From contig CDRNST010000046.1 of assembly GCA_977016875.1 (NCBI GenBank), positions 930,001 to 994,000 of the forward strand: a DNA stretch of 64,000 bases, written 5' to 3'. Shown piece by piece: positions 24,923 through 40,053 of this stretch. The notes under the pieces are model-generated. The model saw nothing but the letters and a program-made list of their open reading frames with translations. It made no database searches and had not been told where the DNA came from. The first letter of the stretch is position 1, and each line of letters begins with the position of its first letter. The position numbers were made by a program, and so were the translations under genes. The DNA comes from Pavona decussata (taxonomy: Eukaryota).

Positions 24923-27900
24923 GTCTGGAACGTTCTCTGTAAATTATATTGTAATCAAAGCTCATAAACACTACAGCACGAGAATATAAGTTGTAAATGA
25001 GCAACTACTGAAAGAGATGAATATAGTCACGACAAGACTGGAACGTTTGTTATTGCTGCTGAAGCTGGAGCAAGGCTTGTAGTTCCCAGGTGAAGTTTTG
25101 AAGAGCTATCTGCAAAAAACAAACCCAGCTGAAAACATTTTACACCCTTCTTCGTCATTCGGGACGAGCGAAATTGTGAATGAATGTAGATACAAGAAGT
25201 CAGACAAGGCGGCTAAGTAAACAGTAATATCTTTTTCTGAGCAAACAGCTATTATTCAATGATCTGGTAAACTAACAAAGTGTGGGAAGCGAAACGCATT
25301 GTGAGTATGTGTGAAGAGCAGTTACAAATCAAGATTACTCTTTTTCAAGACCTGAAAACGTACATGCGCGATACAAAGTACTTGATGCTCCTGGAAATTT
25401 GAAAATTCAGAGGTAACATGTACGAATTATTAGTTCTTGAGAGGCCATAGAACAATTTAGCCCATTGTAGTTTCTTTCGTGCATTCAAAGGAATATAATT
25501 ATTTACACAAGGCGGCTTTAATTTGGACCACGAGTCCAACACGTGGTTATCTGTATTGTGTATGTTGGACAATGAGTAAAAACATACAATGTAACTACTT
25601 CATCTTTATCAAACTTATTGAGGTTAACAAGGCGTTCTTTGGTCGTACTGTTTATAACTATAAATGCTACTATGCAATTTTTGTGACTTGAGAAAAATAC
25701 TCACTCCCCGGCCATCTAAGGAAGGGAATGTGTGAAGTGGAGGTGTTAGAAGATACCGATGCCAAGAGTTTATATCGCTGTTGTCAAATACGCTTTATTA
25801 TTGAATTCTTAAAGTGTCGAAGCCCTTTACGCCTTTTGTTTTACTACACCTTAGCTGAGCAAACGAAATTTGACAATGTCGCTTGTAATATTATCACTGT
25901 CAAACGTAAGGGATGAAATATGGCATTTTTCATTTTATGGAGAATACCGGAGCTATATTATCGGCTCAGGTCGCGAACATAGCCTTGAAAGTAAACGCTT
26001 TTGTTGCTTAGATGTTTTGAGGAATATTCTTAAGGAGGTACATGTGTTTTGAAGACCAGTACAATGACGGGTATATGTCGGAAGAACACATCAAATCAAA
26101 GGCAGTCATTTTTATTGATTCGTTTCTAACCAAACAATTGTCCATATAAATAAACTGTTCGAAGAAAAGTATTTTATTATGTTTCATGTTTTAATTTATG
26201 ACATTATTTTTCGTAGCAATTGCTATATTTTAACCATATGAAATGCATGCATCCTTTCAAAGTTGCCAACTGATGTTCAAAACTTCATCAGATCCTTTTG
26301 TAAGGTTCGGGGTGAAACTTAAGCACTTAATCAAACAATGATTCGTTTCAGTCACCGATACATTGCATTAACAATTAAAAAATAAAAAAGGTAGTTTGCT
26401 AACTTCCAAAGCAAGAAAAGCAAATCTCATCATCATCGGCGAGACACTGTTCTTTAAATTCAGAAAAAAAGGTTCTAATTTACAAGTTTTTATTGCATAT
26501 TCTCCTCTGTATCTACCGCGTTTTACTTACAATAATTATTAGAAGGCTTCTGGCAATGAACTACAGAATAATAAAAGGCTGTCGGCTTATGTCTCTATAT
26601 AGGTCTTAATTTGTATTTAACGATACCCGAAGCATTGTAAACATTACCGATAACCGGCTAAAATCGCCTCAGATTACCATATCCTTTGAAAGCATTGTTT
26701 AAACTGACATTTTTGCAAACGTAGCTTACGTTTATCTTATCAAACTAAATCGAAACGTAACTAATCAAAAACAATTCTCCGCTTAAAAGTCAACCGTATA
26801 TCTTAATTTGAATAAAAATGCGAAAGGAGAAAGGCTACTTTCAAACAATTCTATCTTTCTCTGACTTATAAAGAAACCCCACAGTGAAAAGGAGCAACTT
26901 TGTAAAAATGAGCCAGTCCTTAAGCAAAACATAACCAACGCTGAACCTTTTCAACACGAGATAGGAGCAATTATTATTTCATTCGGTTTTAATTTCCATA
27001 AATTTTAAACTCCTTAAGGCTAATTTGAGATAATTGGTACAATAGGAAACGACGGTTAGAACAGATGCAAGAAGTATCCAAAACGTTTTACTCAGATCAC
27101 AGTAATTATATTGTTTTTATGACAGTAAAACAAGTCGAAAGCCTTTTTAGTGAAAGTAAAATTTCTAGGATATACATAAGCACAAGAAGGGATATCAAGC
27201 CATACATATCGACACTTAAGACAAAAGACGCAAAACGAATCCGTTGCGCATTTAACAGAAATATGCTAACCCGTTCACATTTCACAATATAAGAGAGCAA
27301 CTTTCAAATGCACGGTGTTGGATTGGTGAAGAGTGATAATAGCGTGTTTTGTTAAACACTCGTGAAATTATAACAGAAATGAATCACTCGCCGTCAGCCA
27401 TCCGCCAGGCACCTGCTTTTAAACTTGTCTTTCGCGCGACAGTTCTGACAGTCAACTTACTTAAGTTATTAAGAAATCAATTATGAAAGAAATCTAACTT
27501 CCGAAGTTAATGAAATTTCGCTTTAAAGTTGACATTACAGTTCTCGCGAAAGCAAAGTAATACATTAAGAAGCAAGAGACGATAAGCCGACCATTTTAAA
27601 CCTCTTTTCATGGTCTTAAGTTAATCCTTTGTGCTAAACTCTGAAAATCGCCGATTTGTCTTTAAACGCGCCAGCGTTGCCAAGCTCAACGATTCAGCGG
27701 TTCAGACGCAGCGGCATTAAAACCGCAGTTGTCTTTTTATTTAGTAATCTGGAACATTGGTGAATGAACATTAAAGACTAATTTGTGATCGATTTTTACG
27801 CGCGCGTCTCCACCAACTTAAAAAGGATTTCTGCAGAGTGGCTTTGTTCAGTAAAACAGGTAAACCAAGAGATTCCTCCATTGACTCTCTCATCTCGTGA

Positions 27901-30900
27901 CTCCACAAGAAACGTCTACTATCAATTCATCTTGATCGTCGTCTGCAGTATGTACAATTAATGATATAATTTTCATTTTAGTTGGCGAGTAAAACTGAAG
28001 ACGCGCGGTGGATACTGATTCATTCAAGGAATCCGGCAAGAAATTAGGGTGAGTTTCCAAGCGATGTACACTTGTGTTGATTGATTTTAAAACCACCCGA
28101 TGGGAAAATGACTGGAAATCCACAATTTTGTAATCATAGCACTTACGCTTTCATAAATATTTAGCAAACGGTTGTAATTCTAGAAATAAAGCTTGCCTTT
28201 TGAAGTTGGGACTTGCTGAATTTCAATTTGCGGGTTGCTTTCGTTACGGCAATTTTGGAGAAACCTACAATTTGAAATTTTTGTTGTCAAATATTCACTT
28301 TGATATATTTTAGCGAAAAATCAGACATATAATTTACTCAAAAACGTAATTGGTGTTTTGAAATTGTCCGTGCACCTGTACGTCTGCACTTAATTCCCTT
28401 AAAACCTCGAAATTCAAAACGTTCAGCAGTGCTCAAGAAAGGTTCTACCACAGCAACAAACCCTTAGAGAAATGGTTTGCAATAATTACGGAATTAAAAA
28501 AGCCTTTACGTTATCAATTATAAACAGAATTCCGTTTTACTCTGAATATTCTACCATGTGCGTTATCGAAACCGATTTAAAAATATCAAGTTGTTGTAGG
28601 TATGGCTTTTAACTGACGAAAAATTTATTTCGTGATTTTTGCAACTAATTTCTCGCGTGCAAGGAGGACAATAAAAACTGAATAACAGCCGCAAGATATG
28701 CCCAAAAGTCAATTGAGAATTAATCATTTTTAGATATTACTGTTAAGACAAGATGTAATGTAAACTTATCTATTCAAAAGCGACGATATTTCACGCCATT
28801 AAGGAACTAGGTTTTGATTAACAAAACCAACTTGTGTTTTATTTTATGCCGCGTGCAAAAATTGCACCTTTCCACTCCTTTGAACATCAAGTGGTTCAGC
28901 TTCATCGAGTTGCAAAAGGTTGTCTTTGTTCAAAACCATTACTTGGTTTGTTTGCACTTGATCAGTGCTCCCATCGTGACAAAATTAAACAACAAATTCA
29001 CCCATGAAATTTGCTTGTTTTGCGTAAATATGAAGGAAATGAGAGAATATCATGATTAATCATCGCTGCTTATTACCTCAGTTTAGGCAAACGCATGGGA
29101 GAAGACACAATTAGCGCTTTAAATTCATAAATCCAGCTTAAAGTTGCTTTTGTACGTCGAGGGGTGAAAAGCTATAATTAATTTCCGAGGTGTTATCATT
29201 GAAAAATCTTAAAACAAGATAAAAGTTCGTGTAATAAAATGATTTGTCTTCCATAAAACGGTGATGAATGTGTATTTAATCTGCGCTGAGGTTCAGAAAC
29301 AGCCGCTTGGCCGGAAACAAAATAATGCGAAAATCCGCGATAAACGGAATAAGAGAAAAGGCGATCGGCGCTTGTTTAAGTCGTAAACAAAGCGTCTCAC
29401 TAATTTCAATTACTTTTTGGATCACAATAAAGAGTTGCATTTTGCATAAAGTTAATTTTACACAGTCATTTTGCTGCTACTTGCGATTCACACATTCTCG
29501 CGTAAATCTCTTTTAGCAGCAAAAAAGCGTTTAGGCGTGGGTAAAATTTCGTCTGTTCTCTCAGCTCGTAGAGAACACTGGGGTAAGGCAACGAACACAT
29601 GAAAACGATTCTAGTTTCTGCATATTCATTACAACTCCAAATGTTAATGACACAGAAAGGAAAAAACTCTCGTATTTCTCGGGGGAAACAGGTAAAGCTG
29701 TTTAAACAGAAGTTATTTCTAATAATCTCGCGAGCATTAATTGCTAGCTCCAGTTTCAAGTTGATATTTGATGTGAAATGTTTGCGTGATTTTTTCTTTG
29801 TTGCTTTCGTCGTTTTTTAACATTTTTGTAAGATCTGTCCGCAAGTGAGGATTTCTGTCTCGATTTTTACCGCTAAATGTACACATTGTTTCCCCAAGAG
29901 AGGCATTTTAATTTAATATTGAGGTAGATAATTTGCATCACTGTGTAATAGCTTATAAGCTGATCAAGATTGCTCGTTTAGTGAATGTTTCTGTGGGCTA
30001 GCTTAACGATTAAGAAAATTTATTTTCTTTTAACCTTCGCGGAAACTCGCCAAATAGCTACTACGGTTTTCTGAGTCGCTTCATCCCTGAAGCTTCTGCG
30101 ACCAACAAATGAAAAATGCTACAGGAGGACTCACTTTCATGTTGTATTCAAAATGAAATACATTATAAATAATTTTTAGACTTCTTAAAACAACTGACCA
30201 ATTTCAAACCAACCACTCAACTTAAAATACAGACTGTCTGCCTCATTCGAATATCTTTATTTCGGGCGCTTTTCTCCTGGACATTTGGCGTCACACCGAC
30301 GCCTAGACTGAAAATATCGAAGACATTGACTGCCTTACACGGAAACCATTCAGAGGTACACCCTGTTACAATGTTTTAATTCGGGGAGGGCAGCCTGCTG
30401 TAAAACGATTTTTCTCCATAATTAATGTAGAGTGTACAAAGTCTAGTATTGGGCTGAACGACTTTTTGGAGGCCTAAACTGTGCGACATGTGAGGTCTTT
30501 TGAATTCTGAGATACTTTTTCCTGTTCCTAGGTGACGATTTTCACAGAAAGGCATTGTCTCTGGCCCAAGGTTCAATCAAGACTACATCTTAATCTACAG
30601 AGGTACTGTTTTGCAAATGAATTAAACTAAAGTGCTGTGTTGTGTAGCAGTAATATAACCAAACAAATATATTTAAACTGCTGCGTTTCTGGTAGTATAC
30701 TCAACATGTTTTTATTTAAACTAAACACAGAACTAAGAAACATCTCGGGAAGTTTTGACTTGATGCAAACAGACATGAAGTTAACATCTGAATGCTTAAG
30801 ATGTTATCAAATTAATTCAGCTAGAAATAGATCAGTTCAGAAGATTTATGGCCGGTAAATTTCCGGGATAATTCTACTCCGTTCTTTTCAGAGTCACGAA

Positions 30901-33900
30901 AGCACATATCTTGTTTATTGTTTATGAATTGAGAGGTGGCTTATGGAAATAATCTGAAACCTCACACACGTAAGATGTTATCATAGTTAAATTGGACTTC
31001 CACAAAGCACTGTTTAATTAAAACTGGGCAGCCCCTTTTATAAAAAAAACCTACTAGATTCAAAGAAAATAAGGAAACACTATCAGGATAAGTTTGGAAA
31101 GAGCTTTCTAAATCAGTTCTCTTTTGCCAAGCCACTGAGGCATCACGCCATAAAACGTAGTTACTAATGCTAAAGTGGGACCACTAATTTTTTTCGGCAA
31201 GCTTATGTAGGAAAAATGATGATTTGTTATTTTGTTCATTCTTAAACGAATTAAAGCCTGGCTCCAAGTTGTTCGTAAATTTTTCAGTCGACCTTCTAAA
31301 TATTGAGTTTTAAAACATAGCAGAGGAACACAAAGAAATAAAATGAATGACACGACTGAATAAAGGAACAGTAAGCATCACCAAGTCACGTGACTGACTA
31401 CACGCTACATTCGCTGGGATGGTTGTAATCGTTACACTTGTTGAGTATTATTTGATCCTTTTGACTAGTGCCATTCCTTCTTTAAAAAGCATTGGCTTTA
31501 TGGAAAGACGTTACACGGTTCTGTCTTGCTTTATCTGCTGTATTAAGACCCTGGCAACAGGCATTATTATGTTTTTATACACTCAATTGCAAAAACGTTG
31601 ACACCTAAAAAGCATAAACCATGAACGATGAGACCCAACGGATTTGTGGGTAGTGTTTAAAAATTGGCCCTTGTTGGCCAACTTGGACACTTTAAGGAGA
31701 GCTTGGACAGTTTCCATCATTCACCACGTGCAACTAATTTTGGTTATAAACCGTCGCACAAGAATAGAATATTATGCAAATAAATTTAGTACACTTATAC
31801 CCATAAAGCCATTGGGTCTCATAGTTCACGGTTTATGCTTTTTAGGTGTCAACGTTTTTGCAATCGAGTGTATAAAATTGGTTTAGATGTTCATCGGTAA
31901 CCGCTGGGTGTTGGGTCCAAAAACATTTTTATTCTACACTGGGTGTGGTTGGTCACGTGATTAAAACATCAAGCTCCTTAATTTCACATAAATTTCGCAC
32001 ATTGTTTGGTTGGGTTTTGTCTAAAACCGTTATCTAAGACTTAATTTTTAATCCATCCAATGTAGACCACGATCACCAAGTTGGTAATTTTCCACGACAA
32101 CATCAGACAAAAAACCCACGATTACAAACCAGGAAGAAATGTCGGATCCAGATAATTAAAATATTTGAATGAGTTTAAAACAGCAATACAAACTGATCCT
32201 TACGGCGAGGGAAAGGTAGACTTTGTCAGCAATTACTTTGACTCTGAATGAAGCAAGTTTTTTTGGGTAAAACCTGCAGGCGCCTTTCTTTCTCTGAACA
32301 TACCTCTTTACACTACGTAAGCTTGGCATAGGCGCCTGCGCAGTGAGGGGAACTTGCTTCAATTGACTGGTAGTGATCAACATTTAATTTCCCCTTAAAA
32401 AATATAAACGTATTACAAGGTGTATGAATATGGAGAATATAAGTTAAGATCCTTTACGAGGATGAGGTGATCCTCGCGCCCTCCCTAACTGAATCTCCTT
32501 TGTTCTTTATAAGTTTGAAAGAGATGAGTAGCATGTCTTCAAAAGAGTGACCGAGCTAGAAAAGTTTTAGGTAGCTTGGCTGCAACTGAATGTCACAACA
32601 AATTGGCAGGTTTTTGCTAGACGTATCATCATTTGGTAGACAAAGCATCCCATTAGCTAACAAGTGGCATTTTTTCCACATTAATTACGATGATCTCTCA
32701 AAACTAAGCTGTAGCTAGCTTAAAAACACAAGGAACAAGGCGTTCAGCTTTAATGGTTGATGAGCTGATTTTTATTGTAAGCAATTCGCGTGAGGCAATC
32801 GCACGCAACAGTGGTGCAGTCAAAATCGATCCTAGGCGTTTCAGAGAGCCGACTTGAACTTCGCCGGGTTCTTATTGTTGAAACTGTCAGAGCTTTAAAA
32901 GGCCACGTGCCAGTATAAGCTCTGTTACTACTCACACAGGCAACATCCAATTCAACTCTCAGTTTCATGTTGCAAAATCACTACCCCAAAGCTATGATTA
33001 CATTAACAACTATTTCATCAGCATAACGTTCGCAACTTTTAAGTCAGTCAGAATTAATTTGTTGTGACCAAAGGGGTGAATCTAGAAGTAGATGGATTGA
33101 AGCCAAGGTTATTTCAGCCAGGTACCAAATCTGTCTTGATTTGCTCAATTATACCACCTGCTGACTATAAATTCGTCCAAAACCAAGTGCTGTTAAAAGC
33201 CAATGGATGTGAATACAAATAAACGAAACTCGCTTGTAATAAACAAATAAAGAAGGCTAAATCACATGTACACACGTATTTTTGAAGGCCAGTCAGACCC
33301 CTGTGAGAGAATACTCAGGGTGAAAGCGACCAAGTCACAAGCTATATTAAGAATCTCTTGTCAGAGACCGGTCACCTCCAAAAAATCCCATGTGAATCAC
33401 TTCTCAGTCAAAAACTGGATTAAGAATCTCTTCACGACCTCCATTAAGGGATCGCCTTCATGAAATCCCGTTTGAATGACTTCTTAGTCAAACACTCTTT
33501 AATAATCAAATCTCTCGAAAGTGAGTGGCCTCCAGGAGAAGAAAAGGAAAGAAAATTAATCATAGATAACATCGCTGAAAAAGCATGTCACTCGTGATGT
33601 CCAATTAAGCTCTTGCATAACGCAACCGGCATTGTTTAAACAAAACATCTTCAGCAAAATATTCTTTGCATTGTATTCAAATCATTTCTTAATTCGAAGC
33701 TGCTATGATAACTTGTATATCAATGAAGTCCCTCGAAATAATCAGACGCCAAACAATTGTGCCAACTGAGACTACTGAAATTTGCTCCAAGGCAAGAACA
33801 AGCGTTGTTGTTTATGTATTCTTGAGTCTGAGCAAGTAAGCTCTCGAAGTGGTTTTTTAAAAAAAAACTATGCTGCGCCTTGTTTTTTCAACCTACTTCT

Positions 33901-34092
33901 CAGTGAATTTGGATATCGCATGAAACACGCATATATTATATCAGTGAAGGCTAGGATCCAACCCATGATGTCTACCATAAATGATCTAAACGCCCCTTCT
34001 GAATATAGGATGAAACATCTGAATGGGTCATCTATCACGGGAGACGCCTTTATACAAAAAAGTATATATTTGACAGATTTCAGTCAGACAAC

Positions 34093-34436
34093 TTAAGCAA
34101 CCATGCCCCTAACGCTAACGAGAACACCACTTGAAAATGTAAATTAACGTCATTTAAAGTACGTATGAAGTAAACAAATATTTTCAGCTAGTGCAACTTG
34201 TGTAATGCAATCCAGTTACCCAAGAATTCAATTGGTAGGAAAGGCGTTCAACATAAGAAAGAGAACGAAACATTCACCTGTGTGCTCACGTTCTCCATAT
34301 AACTCTCAATTGGGTCATTACAATTTGTTACGAAGAGAACGGCGGAAGAATATTGCAAAAATTATAAAGCTTGTACAGTTCTATTGTTTTGTTTATTAAA
34401 CTCTCTTGCTTTGCTATGTTGCAGTCGTCATTGTAA
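34093..34436. mobile_element. Degenerate MITE-like interspersed repeat
   Basis: taagcaac...aacgagaac...tgtgctcacgttctcca...aacggcggaagaat...tattgttttg...attaaac...gtcgtc resembles an abundant coral non-autonomous element (recognition only). Confidence 0.55.
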
Positions 34437-36899
34437 GTGATTCATGAGACACTTATATGTAATTTAGACGAATACATTGATATCGAGAGCTAAGTTGTTA
34501 AGATACTTCGTAGCTGAGTTCTATTCTCAACGCATATCTGTCACAATGTCGCCAGTGTCTAATAAATGCCCCCGGTCATAGAAACGAACACTTCAATTAA
34601 AAGATTCCCGCTAGGCGTTTATTAGATCACTTGCGGTACCATATTTCAGACCATGACGTCTAAAATGCCATATTCTTTGGTCTGCACATACCAACCGATA
34701 ACTGAGAATCCTAAGGTGGAATTACCACAGTCTCAGACACGTTTTGTAGCAAAAAATATTGCGACTACAAAAGTGTATTTTTTTTTTCTACATTAATAGA
34801 AAATACATTTATAATCTCGACATTTTGAACAGAAGCCGTTTCTCTTGGACATTATTGTACAGCAATTTACTCGAGTGTTTGTGATAATAGGAAGCTGGTT
34901 TATAGCATCGACGCTTTTTAATTTCTTTCCTTAATTCAATACTGGTACGCGTGCAGTGACTTTTGTACGCCTGAGAATACGAAGTATTACTAATCAAGAA
35001 AACAATATTGATTCTTTTCGCGCTTACTAATTATTCGATGAAAAAAGCAGGCGCCATAGTCACTTCAAATTTTCCCAATAGCAGAACAAGACTAAAAAAA
35101 ACCCTAAGTTCACGAAATAACCATTCGAATTTTGCTTAATTACGAAAAAGCAGGTAGGTATTGTTTCGGTTGCGCCGTAATTTCAACAGCCTTCTACACC
35201 TATCGAAAGTATCACTTTACAAAACCACAAGAACGTCAGGAAATTGTTCAGCTTTGACAAAATGACTTGTTTTGGCGCTGAAATAAGGTTGAAAGCTTGC
35301 TTGTGGCAATTGTCATGCAAATTCAGTGTCGTGAACATTTCATTTCGGGGTACTTAACAACAGCAGAGCTATCTACAGAGTCAATAAAACAGGCTGGTGG
35401 GCAATTTCGCCGAAGGCACTTTCGACTTGAAAATAATTGTCCCTCACAATATTATTTTGCACCTGTTGTAAGGGTATTCTTAACATGTAAATCGTCGTAG
35501 ATACATTACAAATGTTATTTATAACAAAGGTCTGGCTCTTTTTAAAACAACTGAAGGGCCAAATTGAGTTAAAATTACCCTTTTATAACCTTCAGAACGT
35601 TCTCGTAGAATTATCAAAAAGGCCATTAATTAAGCTAGCGTAAAATTAGGATAAATTATAATATATGCCTTTAAACGGCGCCAAAAGAGCTTCCGAGTGG
35701 CCAGAAGTGGTCTTAATTAGAATTTCAGTGATATTAAAGACAATAATTTGTTTTGTTTTTGAGGCAGATGGCCTACTTTAAATGCGACATTTTTTTTTTC
35801 GCTAAACGCCCACTGGCACTCTAATAAAGTTTAATAAGTTTATAAGGAAACAGGAAACAGATACGTCCAAGCTTAAGGGAAAAGCAAAAATATCTTCCAA
35901 CGACTTCGAAAGAAAAACTGCACAAAAAGAACGTTTAGTTTTGTTATGCTAAAATGAAATAAATTTCCTTCAGTTACAATTGTTCTTTCCAGTCCTTTCT
36001 TTTTTTTATTGCCAGATGTAGAAACTCCAGTATGTCATTTTCTAAACGAAGCGACTTAGGATAGCCGAAACAAATATACCTTGTCTTTTCAAATTGAATT
36101 TTAAATCGGCAGATGTTGAATTGAAAAGCTTTTAAATTCGCGCATACTTGGTAATCCTATACTCAACCACCAGTGCACACTAATGGACAAAGCCCCTCCC
36201 ATAAATATTTGGCTGTCGAAACGGTAACTACATAAAATAACAAAGAAAAGCGCAAACAGTTTAACTCCAAATAACTCAGTGCTTCCCCGACTCAAGGGAG
36301 AACACATTTTGTCGCGGTTCAAGGGAAGAATTCTAAGAGCGAGGGACTGTAAAGGTATGACTTAGGTTTTCTAAGCTAACCCTTCATCTTTTACCATTAA
36401 TGAACGGCATCTAAAGTATTATTCTTTATTTCTTTTCAACGAATCTCATCATGGTTAACTCTGTTTTAACAAAAAGAAACGTTGTCACTCTAAAAAATAC
36501 CGGAGACTATGACAATATTGCTCGGCGTGTTGCTTAGTGTACGCTTCAAATTTTCAGGGATGTGAATCCTCTTGTGCGCTGTTTAAAGGAATCATAATCA
36601 ATAAGGACGCCTTGCGATTCGGTTGATAAAATAGCTAGTGTTGCCGTTCAAATAAAAGAAACAAAGCAGTCTTTCTAATTTTTCTCCGATACTAATTTAG
36701 GGATGCTGGCAAATTTGTACTTTGGCATTGACTCCACAAATGTAAAAGAGTACTCTGCGCTACAAAATTTAAATACATTGAAGCTCGATTGTAACATCTT
36801 AAGCATTGTAAAACTACATCCTGAAAAGCAATCCTGTGAAGAGTGCATTAGTTTAAAATACGACAAATTGTCTTCGCCCATAAATTTTGTTTCGAAATA

Positions 36900-37795
36900 C
36901 ATTTTGAAACAAATATCACCACAAGGAAGAAGGGAAGAGCTTTTTATGGAAAGGTCGCATTTTACTGAGGATTTCTTCCACTCACAAAAAAATTTAGATT
37001 GGCCACATTGTACAATATAATGAACAACACTGTCACTGCAACATACTACTCAGTGAAATCACACGTCCGTATTTCATCCACAGACTCAAAGGAAATGTTT
37101 GTAAGGTATACAGAGTCATATACAGCACCAAAAGAAAGGCTGCTCCGTAGCTTTTATTTCAATGGTCCAACGTTCGGATTTTACAGCCTCAAAAGTTAAA
37201 AACTACCTTGTACAACATAATACACAGCAACACAGGAAAGTACTACTCAGTCAGCTTTCATTTGAATGGTCATACTTAGGGATTTCATCCACAGACTTAA
37301 AAGTTAGAACAGAACCACCTTGTACAGCATAACAAACAGCACCACAGGAACGTAATGCTCAGTCGCTTTCATTTGAATAGTCAAACTTTAGGATTTTATC
37401 CATTGCCTCAAAAGTTAGAAAAACCTTGTACAGAATAATAAACAGTACCACAGGAAAGTACTGCTTAGTAGTTTTCACTTGAATGGTCAAACGTTCGGAT
37501 TTTATCCATACTCTCAAAAGTTAGAGCCATCTTGTACAGCATAACAAACAGCAACACAGGAAAATACTCCATAGTAGCTTTCATTTGAATGGTCACACTA
37601 CAGACTGATAACCACCACATAATAAACAGCACCATAGGAAAGTACCTACTTAGTAACTTTCATGGTCAAACGTTAGCATTTTGTACACAGAATCAAAGGC
37701 TAGAACCACGCTGTACAGCATAATAAACACGCAGTACGAACGTACTACCCAGAATTGAACGGTCACATTTTCAGAGTTTCACCCACAAACTCAAC
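36900..37795 (-). repeat. 106-bp repeat array, reverse orientation
   Basis: Repeated cagcaccacaggaaagtactgctcagtagctttcatttgaatggtc...aaagttagaaccaccttgtacagcataa, degenerating toward the edges. Confidence 0.9.
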
Positions 37796-39585
37796 AGTCG
37801 CCTCATTATACGTCTCTGTGTTTGGCATGCGACTATTAACCCAGCCTATGTTGTTGGAGATCGTTATTCGTCTTATCAGGTCAGAAAATTACACGTGATC
37901 AGTTATCTTTTTAAATAACTAAAGCAAGTTATAAGTTAACACAATGTCGCTAACTTCCCGCTCTAGAACAACATGGACCTCCTTCAAGAGACACGTATCG
38001 CACTAATTGACAACATTCCATCGTTCATCCATAGTTTTTAATACAATTTCTATTAAGTTGACAATCTAAATAACTTAAAAATTTTACTTTTCTTCCTTGT
38101 CTTTGGGTAAAACTTGACAAATGATGATATTTTCGGGGTTTTTTCTCACTTCTTAAACCCCCCATATTTCTACTTGTTCTGATAAATAATTTATTTCTTA
38201 CGAAGAGAGTATTCTTGAATTAAACAAGGAAGTTGTTCTGTCTAACAATAGAAGAATCTCTCACGGAAAAAAAAATCTCCTTTTTTTGGTAAATTTAAGA
38301 AGCAACATAAACTTACCGAGTGTTAACTCTTACGGGTTTTGCAAAAAACTGAAATACGAAAAAAAAAACTGTATTATTACCCATTTTATTTCTAAGAAAT
38401 GAGAGCAGCTGGTTTAGATGTTTAGGCGCCACTGGGAGAAACGATTCAAAGCAGTCAAAATAGATTGGTTGTCATGAAATGTTACCTCCAAGCGCTGTTT
38501 GTGTTTGCTTTTTCGATTTAATAATCCCGAGAAGAAAGTAAGTTTTCAAAAGATTTCGATTCTGTGAATATAGCTGCGTTTCTGAGTCGGTGGATGAAAA
38601 CACCAAGAGTGACATTTGAAATAAGAGTAAACCAACCGTGAAATCCTAAAGTTTAGTCATTCAAACGAAACCTATAAAGCTTTTCCTTTTCTCTGGTTAA
38701 TGTTATCAATTAACTTTGCTGAGCTATAGGACGCTAAAATGCGTTATTTTGAGCTCATTCAGACACTTTAGCGTAATTGATTTGATGCGTTTTTTTTTTG
38801 TACTATTTATAACAAGTATCTGCTATTATTGTACTTATCATTGAGCTGTCATTGTTTATTCAAATTTTGCTCTTATTTGCCATTTCTTAATTCCGCTAAA
38901 TTGTATTCTTTAGAGTTGTTAAATTTTGTCAAAATAGAAGGAATGCTTATATAAAGAGCTGGTTATTATAAAGGCAGTGTAAACTTCTGGATGCCCAGAA
39001 CCTAAGCAAACGATGGTTGAGCGGCAAACCGTAGCCAACCTCGCGAAGACTAAACCATAACAACTAATCACTAACTTCTAATCAAACCCCTAAATCCTAC
39101 TATTCACTTAGAAAAATCATATACACTAAAGCTCTAAAGATGAATTAAATTATAAAGCCCTAAAATTACTTTTGGACTAAAATGCATTGAAAACGTCCAA
39201 CAAGAAATGCAAACTTCTAATGTTTTCTTAAAATGATCCTACGCAATAAGGCGTCAAAATGGATTCATGCAAAAAAAATCTTAAGATATATCGCCTGTTC
39301 GCTTTGTAACTTAGCTGTTTAGTTCAAGATCTATTATTATTATTATTATTATAACAACACGCTGATCTCAGCAACATTACTGATGATGCCACTGCCACCC
39401 GTCGAGAGGCAACAAGCACCCTTAGCTCCGAGGAATTTTCAGAGGATTCTCGCGGCTCCTAAAAGTACCTTCTTTTGATTTGTTGCTAATCTTATCTTTG
39501 CACCAAGTTTCCCATGTTCCTGAATTCTATGCCTAAGTTTTCAATTTTCTCATCTTGCTTACTTTCCTGTTTCCTCTCTGCTTGT

Positions 39586-39588
39586 TAC

Positions 39589-39631
<43 letters not shown>
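39586..39631. repeat. (TTA)n microsatellite about 420 bp upstream of the DMRT ATG
   Basis: About 15 ATT units read directly. Confidence 0.95.
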
Positions 39632-39633
<2 letters not shown>

Positions 39634-40053
39634 AATTATTAGATACTTAACCATTAGTTGTTACGGGCGGCAAATGCCAATTTTGCTCTATATACGTACC
39701 TTCTTAAATTGTTTTCCTGCTATGTTGAGGGTGAACTATTAATAGTAGATGGTCTAATGTGTTTTAGTGTAAATATCCACTGAATCATTTATTTACTGTG
39801 CGTGACTACCGCTTGATGTAAAGTATATGAAAGGACAACTATCCGTCATATTTGATTACAAATTATTCAGTTATGTCTCTCAGTACAGACTGTGGTGGTA
39901 CGATTAGTAACTACGTCTAAAGAGTAGAAATTCAGTTCCGCGACCCTGTGTGTTGCTCTTATTGGGGCCAAAGAGATCAAGAGTCCCTCTTTACTTTAAA
40001 ATGAAATGCACCTTGTCGTTTTGTTTAGCAATTTGTTAATTTTTTTCAGGAAA

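Noticed and set aside
25583-37015. DM-type sites ACA(A/T)TGT upstream of Dmrt (for example near 25585, 30366, 37005) as autoregulation
   Set aside because: About a dozen such 7-mers are expected by chance in 64 kb of this composition, so no enrichment is evident. This protein's specificity may also differ.
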